Positions 60,601 to 64,000 of a stretch of 64,000 nt of DNA are shown piece by piece. Position 1 is the first letter of the stretch. Each line of letters opens with the position of its first letter. The notes under the pieces are model-generated. The model did no database searches, was not told the origin of the DNA, and saw only the letters and a list, made by a program, of their open reading frames with translations. Both the position numbers and the translations under genes were made by a program. This DNA comes from a virus, in the IMG/VR virus record IMGVR_UViG_3300022921_001386. One strand, given 5' to 3'.

Positions 60601-63600
60601 CATTATCAAATGTTACGTATGATTCCGTATCACCGTTGCGACTTGTTATAGCAAGTTTATTAGAATTAAAACTTACATTAGTACCAAATCTTTCATTCTT
60701 TTCACCATTAGGTGCAAGCAATATTTGATCTTGTACATATGTTCCGTTTGTAAGTTTATATACATATACTGCGCCATTGTAAATACCATTAGCATTTGAT
60801 AACTGTGCGCCTATTGCTATTTTAGATCCATCATCGTTTAGACTTAGTGTAGATCCAAATGCTTCTTCTTCGGTTGCAGGATCAATATTTTCATCAAATA
60901 CAAATCTGCCATTTGTTTTTCTATATATTGCTATACGATATTCGCCGCCGGTTTGAATTCCACCAAGTGCTAATACTTCGCCGTTTTTACTAATATCATA
61001 ACTTGAGCCAATAGCAAGTGCATTTAAAAAATCACTACTATCATTATCAAGTAAGCCGCCAGTGCTATCATCAGTTTGTGATGAATAAGGAACATAACCC
61101 AAATAATCAACATATGTATCAAGTACATCCCACTGACTATTGTTAAAAGGATTTCCTGCAAGTACGGTTGTATTTGCTTGACGAAGTTCGCCTTCATAAT
61201 AAACAATATTGTTAGGAATATATTTTGAAATACTTTCCCATTCGCCTTTGTAGTTTGAATCTCTTGAATATGCATAAGATGTTACATTAGATTGACCTTT
61301 GTTGTTAACAAAATAAACACGGCCGTTATCTTTTAAACTTCTAATAATAATGTTGTGTTGGAAATCGCTCGGTGAAGCTGATTTGATTGCAATACCAAAC
61401 TGTTCGTTTGTTGACGGTTCTGGACTTAAAATAATATCAACTAAAGTAAATGATCCATCGATAAGTTTTTTATAAATGTAAACCACACCTTGATTTGCAT
61501 ATCCAAGACTTGCTCCAGAAGTATCTGTAACTATTAGATCTGCTAGTTCCCAATCTTGACTTAATAGATTAATAGTACTACTTTCTGCTATAACATCAAC
61601 TAGAGCTCTCCATAATGTTCCTCGCTGACTTACATAGTCTCCAGCTAGATAACTTTCACCTTCAGTAAATACACCCTTGTATCGTGTTTTAACATTTGCA
61701 GCAGTTGGAGCGCCTACATATAAGTATTGTCCGTTGTCTGTTATTTCAACACTTGTACCAAACTCGCCTGCGTCATGATGATTAGACAACGGTTCTAGTG
61801 TTTGTTTTAGTGTAAATGCACCAGCTTCGCTACCACGAGTGTATACATAAACTTTGCCATCATCTATATCTGGGGTTCCAACTGCTAAAGTAGTATTGTT
61901 GTCACTGACAGCTAAATCAGATCCAAACTCTCTGCTACCAGTTTCGGGTGCTGCAATGCTTTGTTTAAAGCTACGTATAATGTCACTATCGTATACTCCA
62001 AATGTTCCAGTGCCAATATCGTCAATCCATACTCTGTCATTATCGTCTAAATCGTAAAGTTTTGTAATATTGTTTATACCCTCAGGTGACGATACTCTGC
62101 GTGACGATAGTTCTGATACTATTCCAATAGTACTGTCTGACAAGTCAATAAAGTCTTCGGTTATTGGGTTATCCAGTTGTATTTCAAAATCAGTATATCC
62201 AATATTTTGTACAATCCAAAAGCCATTAACTTCACCATTGACATTATTAAATCCAACAATATCGCCTTCTGCAAACGTAATAGGCTTACTAAAGTTTGCT
62301 TTAAATCCTAGGTCTGTTTTCTCAATAGATTGAATACCGATTGGAGAAACAACATGCTTGTAAACATTCCACGATTGAGAATCTTTTGGCACCCATATGT
62401 AACTTCCAATATCAACACTATCGATATCTAGAACCAATATATCATTTTTTGTAGTTGTTAAAAAGTTTACTTGGTCTAGTTTAACATACCCGGCAGTTTT
62501 AGTGTATTCTGCACTACCAGATGTTAATGGCAAAGATGTATGTGCATAATCAGTTGGAGAAAGATATACATCTTTTCTTGGATATTGATAAACCAAATCT
62601 GTGCGTGTTGAATCTACTGTTTCAACAAACTCTACAAGTTGTGGCTCTATTCTAAACTGGCTTTCGTCTAGCTTAAATTCAACTTCGTCGTAACTTGTGG
62701 TTGCACCGTATCTACCAACACGTATTGCCCATTCTTCATACAGTTCAACACTATCGGAATCTGCTGAACCAAGTTTGTCAAACAGCTTTGTAACAGCATT
62801 TGATGTACCTTTGTCTTGTATAAATCCCTGATAGAACTTGTATTGACTAACATCGTCTTGAATAATATTAGCAAGATATTCACGCTTTTGATATCCGATA
62901 AGATGCTGAGCCAATCTTTGTTGTTCACTATCAAAGTTATCTGTATCTAAATCATAAAAATCTGCAAACTGATTTGCTCTATAATCCCAGTTTGGTTTTA
63001 ATTCACTTACAGGCTTACTATCCAATCTGCTCCAGTTTCCATAAATGAAATCTTGTGTGCCACTGTGTGTAAATCTAGCTGCATAATAAAACTCTTTGTA
63101 TTTTACTAGTTCTGCAGTTTTATAATCTTTATAGCTAGTCCATTCAGTAACTTTGGCATCATCGTATATAAATCCTGGAATATTTAAACTACCATTCCAA
63201 TCGTCTGTTCTATATCCAACAACTTTCAGACGCTCTTGTCTATATCCTGTTTCGGGTACATAGATTGTATCGTTGAATACTGTTGTGTTATCAACTAACA
63301 CAAGATGTTCTTTTTGTATCAGCGGTAGTTTGAGAAGATATATTCCGTCATCCTCTGATGTTAAACTAAATCTGTTGGTGTTGTCTCTGTAAATACTAGA
63401 ACGGGTTTTACTAATCACATTTCCGTTTTCATTTAATAGTGCAAATCCATAAAGATTGCTGTGTATATTATCAACTACATAAAAGTCCTTTTCAAACTCA
63501 ACTTGATTTGCTAATGGTGATAATGTTAATGTGCTAGTGTTTGCCCAGTTTTGTGTTATCCAAAACAAAAACTCTTTACATGCTAGTTGCCAGTTTTCAA

Positions 63601-64000
63601 CAGATTCAGTTGCTTTATTAAAATATTCAAACTTAAATCCAATATCTTTTAAGTATTGTTGATAGCCTAAAAGAAAGTTAACCACCTGTTGTTCATCATT
63701 CAATATTGTTCCGTAATCAAGTGTTAGTATTTCATTAGTAAACGCCTTTCTAAAATAGGCGCCTCTACCGCCATTTTCAGGCAGACTTGGTAATGGAGTA
63801 TACAAACTCGAATTAAAATCTGTTCCAGTTGTATGGTTTGCATTTACTCTATAATATCTATCGTTGTATTCTACAAGTTTGCCAGCAACTAAAAACTTGT
63901 TTTCAGCCCACTGTATGTAACTTTCGCTAATGCCGCCGATGTTTACAAACGGATCATTTGTATTTTCTCTCGGATTACGATATTTAAAAGATGGAAGATC
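54623..64000 (-). CDS. Giant multidomain baseplate-wedge-like virion protein (>3,100 aa, 5'-truncated by the window)
   Basis: Frame open from 64000; (N/E)(G/P)GxGY repeats, FG-GAP-like propeller blades, CBM5/12-like W..Y...V.Y motifs, ERI.Y...L..LRRGTLGT. Confidence 0.75.
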   Translation of the reverse strand, partial: DLPSFKYRNPRENTNDPFVNIGGISESYIQWAENKFLVAGKLVEYNDRYYRVNANHTTGTDFNSSLYTPLPSLPENGGRGAYFRKAFTNEILTLDYGTILNDEQQVVNFLLGYQQYLKDIGFKFEYFNKATESVENWQLACKEFLFWITQNWANTSTLTLSPLANQVEFEKDFYVVDNIHSNLYGFALLNENGNVISKTRSSIYRDNTNRFSLTSEDDGIYLLKLPLIQKEHLVLVDNTTVFNDTIYVPETGYRQERLKVVGYRTDDWNGSLNIPGFIYDDAKVTEWTSYKDYKTAELVKYKEFYYAARFTHSGTQDFIYGNWSRLDSKPVSELKPNWDYRANQFADFYDLDTDNFDSEQQRLAQHLIGYQKREYLANIIQDDVSQYKFYQGFIQDKGTSNAVTKLFDKLGSADSDSVELYEEWAIRVGRYGATTSYDEVEFKLDESQFRIEPQLVEFVETVDSTRTDLVYQYPRKDVYLSPTDYAHTSLPLTSGSAEYTKTAGYVKLDQVNFLTTTKNDILVLDIDSVDIGSYIWVPKDSQSWNVYKHVVSPIGIQSIEKTDLGFKANFSKPITFAEGDIVGFNNVNGEVNGFWIVQNIGYTDFEIQLDNPITEDFIDLSDSTIGIVSELSSRRVSSPEGINNITKLYDLDDNDRVWIDDIGTGTFGVYDSDIIRSFKQSIAAPETGSREFGSDLAVSDNNTTLAVGTPDIDDGKVYVYTRGSEAGAFTLKQTLEPLSNHHDAGEFGTSVEITDNGQYLYVGAPTAANVKTRYKGVFTEGESYLAGDYVSQRGTLWRALVDVIAESSTINLLSQDWELADLIVTDTSGASLGYANQGVVYIYKKLIDGSFTLVDIILSPEPSTNEQFGIAIKSASPSDFQHNIIIRSLKDNGRVYFVNNKGQSNVTSYAYSRDSNYKGEWESISKYIPNNIVYYEGELRQANTTVLAGNPFNNSQWDVLDTYVDYLGYVPYSSQTDDSTGGLLDNDSSDFLNALAIGSSYDISKNGEVLALGGIQTGGEYRIAIYRKTNGRFVFDENIDPATEEEAFGSTLSLNDDGSKIAIGAQLSNANGIYNGAVYVYKLTNGTYVQDQILLAPNGEKNERFGTNVSFNSNKLAITSRNGDTESYVTFDNELTDFDNKATSIYDTIKDNGQVYVYETLNNKLVYAEKLYSQVDISDSSDILSVLNRNHLYVISIGTAVDDKTGLIQDHRTDLNANAWNINSQGDSYVDIDKIKGVWLYDTNTNDLITYLDYIDPIRGRIAGPAEQELSYKTYYDPAVYNVGTRDTGVADLWGKQQVGKLWWDLDAIKWYNPYQGSIQYKSNTWNQIIPGFSVDVYEWVESDLLPSEWDEIADTTEGLASSISGKTLYSDDSYVRARVYDSVASVFVPKYYFWVKNKNTLPDTYGRKISSFDVANLIADPSGQGYRHITLLDGKKFALHNVKNLVKDKDTILHVDYYVQDNAENKNIHSEYALVVEGLASSKPNNDIVDKWVDSLAGYDKNGKVLPDLNISVAQRYGILNNPNQTIFVNRAEALKQVIERVNGVLSQYTIVDDFDISPLFQTETAPSKFSNEWDTQIDTESLLRFVGTAKIKQATLTPIIVDGTITGATITEPGRGYIDSNYTSGKRHGPTVTIEGKGVDAEIKTYINNLGQVIEVEVVNGGKNYLSDTTLIVRPFSVLVTTDTEVGGLWAVYNWISSTQEWFRNYIQSYDVNRYWKYVDWYATGYSEVTSIDFVINGSYELAGLDDKLGNTIKIENIGSGGWMLLEKIDNQLEVDYTINYKVVGRQNGTVEFSNTLYQNDAVGFDNIIYDISLYDSEPTDEIKIILYALRDNLFVDQLEVEWNKLFFSSIRYAMSEQVDLDWIFKSSFVVAKHNVGELTQKVTYQNDNLPNYQDYIEEVKPYSTKIREYISSYNRTEPTQTSVTDFDLPPRYDAERGQIISETIKFFNNGLVGTNDTTTTYPQKHWLDNVGFEITEFVVYNGGSGYTDTANVTVSGGGGPTLEGLAYIGGGSIQYIEVDTVGAKYFTTPTVTINGSLTEDGVDAVVYAQIGNSVIRSTHMLMKFDRVAGAYYFTTLNETETFVGNGGLTEFSLKWPLSTNSADISITVAGEPQLISDFVASNIIDTTKTFDRYRGKITFTTAPANNAAVVINYKKSSNLLTAEDRINFFYKPTTNMPGKELSQLMSGVDYGGVQMDSIGFGENTGFDANAYGIDFDTFDTNYEDEIITLDGSTQIISLSSVLESGVTYNVYLNNVRIDDPFYDGSSVTANPNAKMVSPQGDNITNTVFLDSDVVETKDGDVVIIRKSTSDGSFTPESTAYDVSLQGGNFEYTTAKGIDSGDIVVDGDGFVTETTSGGPEEQVPGQVLDAVDIQVYNRSVDGQGIISVRNYITDGTTIEWEFDNFPQTNTTLVVKVDGDIIDNDDLNVDYENKFISLNDSTALDEGKNLSILTIGTNGVDLIDSDNIVSTGDTFIYNLPITWKSGLSSFVTINGVLQNDTTDYGLTESDTGNAQLEFPIKVTAGKIIGYTIYDGSVNQYSQMVIDNTFVTDGTNKVHRFTNDVALPVIDKPLSHNILVKRGDGRFLNAGYRKKYTIDSNRAYDIDRWQFEDTTAVRNTDVVLYINGSIVDVLDYYYDTTNGRVQLLNNNVGLIGDTLEIFIIRDAEYYFLNTTVQIQNGSEVNDPAVGQDISFELSDDSTTVIACVEKFSRSGSTLTIELQGYIRELFQLKSIDDTPEIVASWENDSTKAIIGDIKLIETDVLSLTEAPADWETVDIYVFSNHDINGFERTSYDIVWNTNQAPAGTQFYIDKNLLSRGFIKLEKPALSANYVWVFKNGILLSPQNDYSLDASGSGVQLYNKVTSNDKVEVLQFTALTSDPKFGYRIFKDMLNRFHFKRLNKDNEYKLQQPLNYYDLSIQLVDSTGIQEPNKALGTPGVVWIDKERIEYFSVDGNLLRQLRRGTLGTGIKEQYPVATKVQGQGIEENIPYKDETAKTMFIGDSSTKEFILDFIPTSVNEIDVFLAGTRLRKDNIVTFDKTVDQDSPEADVTIDPEYTIENIITGDGSTITVLTLADYIDAPADGIFIEVVRRTGKIWNDTGKSLANSTNQIAKFITDKTISLPR

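Noticed and set aside
704-62934. Numerous short antisense or alternate-frame ORFs in the track (e.g. 3230-3772, 4367-4813, 32768-33238)
   Set aside because: They lie within well-supported genes, lack RBS or motifs, and resemble shadow ORFs
1-64000. Stop-codon recoding, or a cellular (bacterial BGC) origin
   Set aside because: TAA, TGA and TAG all end intact genes with dense code-11 coding; virion genes and T4-late-like motifs interleave the enzymes

Overview
AT-rich, gene-dense segment of a large tailed (T4-like or jumbo myovirus-type) bacteriophage genome, standard genetic code. No tRNA, rRNA, CRISPR array or mobile element was recognised. Virion genes flank and interleave the window: tail-fibre-like proteins and an S8 protease at 3.3-8 kb, a fibre at 36.9-38.3 kb, and fibres, a tail-collar protein and a >3,100-aa baseplate-type protein at 46.4-64 kb. 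Between them is a ~37-kb block that reads like a biosynthetic gene cluster. It holds 14 radical-SAM enzymes in 4 architectures, 4 QueC-like PP-loop enzymes, 4 glycosyltransferase-like proteins, 2 flavin halogenase-family proteins, 2 minimal adenylate-forming enzymes, 2 GNATs, a cytochrome P450, 2OG-Fe(II) oxygenases, 2 methyltransferases and an SDR. Enzyme operons carry sigma70-type promoters (two leaderless), while most structural genes carry (G/T)ATAAATA T4-late-like promoters. My best hypothesis (inference) is a phage-encoded system that glycosylates and chemically tailors virion proteins. DNA hypermodification or small-molecule synthesis are alternatives. All calls come from motif reading; no database search was run.
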